206 nucleotides of DNA from a phage, in the sequence record AF056280.1. One strand, given 5' to 3'. Below are positions 1 through 206 of the stretch, piece by piece; the stretch's first letter is position 1; every line of letters starts with the position of its first letter. A program made the translations under genes and the position numbers. Below the pieces are notes generated by a model, which was given only the letters and a program-made list of their open reading frames with translations, did no database searches and was not told where the DNA came from.

Positions 1-206
1 GGNGGGGGGGNGTTTNTTTNGGGGGGGGGANAGGACGAAANGGAAGACAGTTATNTTTTNTCCCCNCCAGTAAACAACAANNAAAAAGGTATTTTCCCNG
101 GGGGGACCAAACANGGGGGGNCGGTTTGANAAAATTTTTTNNGGCCGGGGGGGAGGNNATTCAGTTGNNNCCTNTNTCANGGGGAAAAGAAAACCCCCNG
201 NGGCNC

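Noticed and set aside
131-140. A4T6 tract (aaaatttttt) as a possible intrinsic-terminator T-run or A-tract bending or UP-like element
   Set aside because: There is no convincing GC-rich inverted-repeat stem immediately upstream (115-130 is a G run followed by ncggtttgan, with no complementary C run), and there is no promoter-like -35/-10 context in the flanks. A single short AT homopolymer pair in unreliable sequence is not evidence of a regulatory site.
100-156. Clustered G tracts (100-105, 115-120, 147-153, 155-156) as a potential G-quadruplex-forming motif
   Set aside because: The tracts are separated by loops of 9 nt and about 26 nt, longer than canonical G4 loops. More importantly, G homopolymers in a read with 14% N are most simply explained as a base-calling artefact. 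Tract lengths cannot be trusted.
181-198. Potential hairpin: gggg (181-184) pairing with ccccc (194-198) around a 9-nt A-rich loop (aaaagaaaa)
   Set aside because: The stem is only 4 bp, built entirely from homopolymers of uncertain length, and is not followed by a U-run on either strand (downstream is ngnggcnc). It is indistinguishable from chance pairing between artefactual G and C runs.
1-206. Possible protein-coding ORF in any of the six frames
   Set aside because: Plus-strand stops are visible at 71-73 (taa, frame 2) and 127-129 (tga, frame 1). Plus-strand tta at 51-53 and tca at 161-163 and 177-179 are stops on the minus strand. The only plus frame without an unambiguous stop (frame 3) is interrupted by N-containing codons throughout. 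With no N-free stretch longer than 18 nt and likely homopolymer length errors, the reading frame cannot be tracked, so any CDS call would be invented.
1-206. CRISPR array, tandem repeat or mobile-element terminal inverted repeat
   Set aside because: No repeated unit of 20 nt or more with regular spacing is present. The only repetition is homopolymeric. No recognisable inverted-repeat termini or target-site duplications can be identified in 206 nt of ambiguous sequence.
1-206. The suggestion that the window hides a novel, undescribed biological system
   Set aside because: Nothing in the sequence supports it. The data quality is too poor to distinguish biology from artefact, and asserting a system here would be fabrication.

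Overview
This 206-base window cannot be annotated: it reads like a failed or low-quality base-calling region rather than interpretable genomic sequence. 28 of the 206 positions (about 14%) are N, spread across the whole window, so the longest uninterrupted run of called bases is only 18 nt (181-198). Much of the rest is homopolymer: G runs at 4-10, 21-29, 100-105, 115-120 and 147-153, C runs at 62-65 and 194-198, a T run at 135-140, and A runs at 83-87, 131-134 and 185-188. No open reading frame, RNA gene, repeat array, mobile-element end or regulatory site can be supported, and I do not recognise any of the short clean stretches as belonging to a known gene or element. I therefore report no features, and I see no evidence of a novel biological system here; the responsible conclusion is that the region needs re-sequencing or quality inspection before any biology is inferred.
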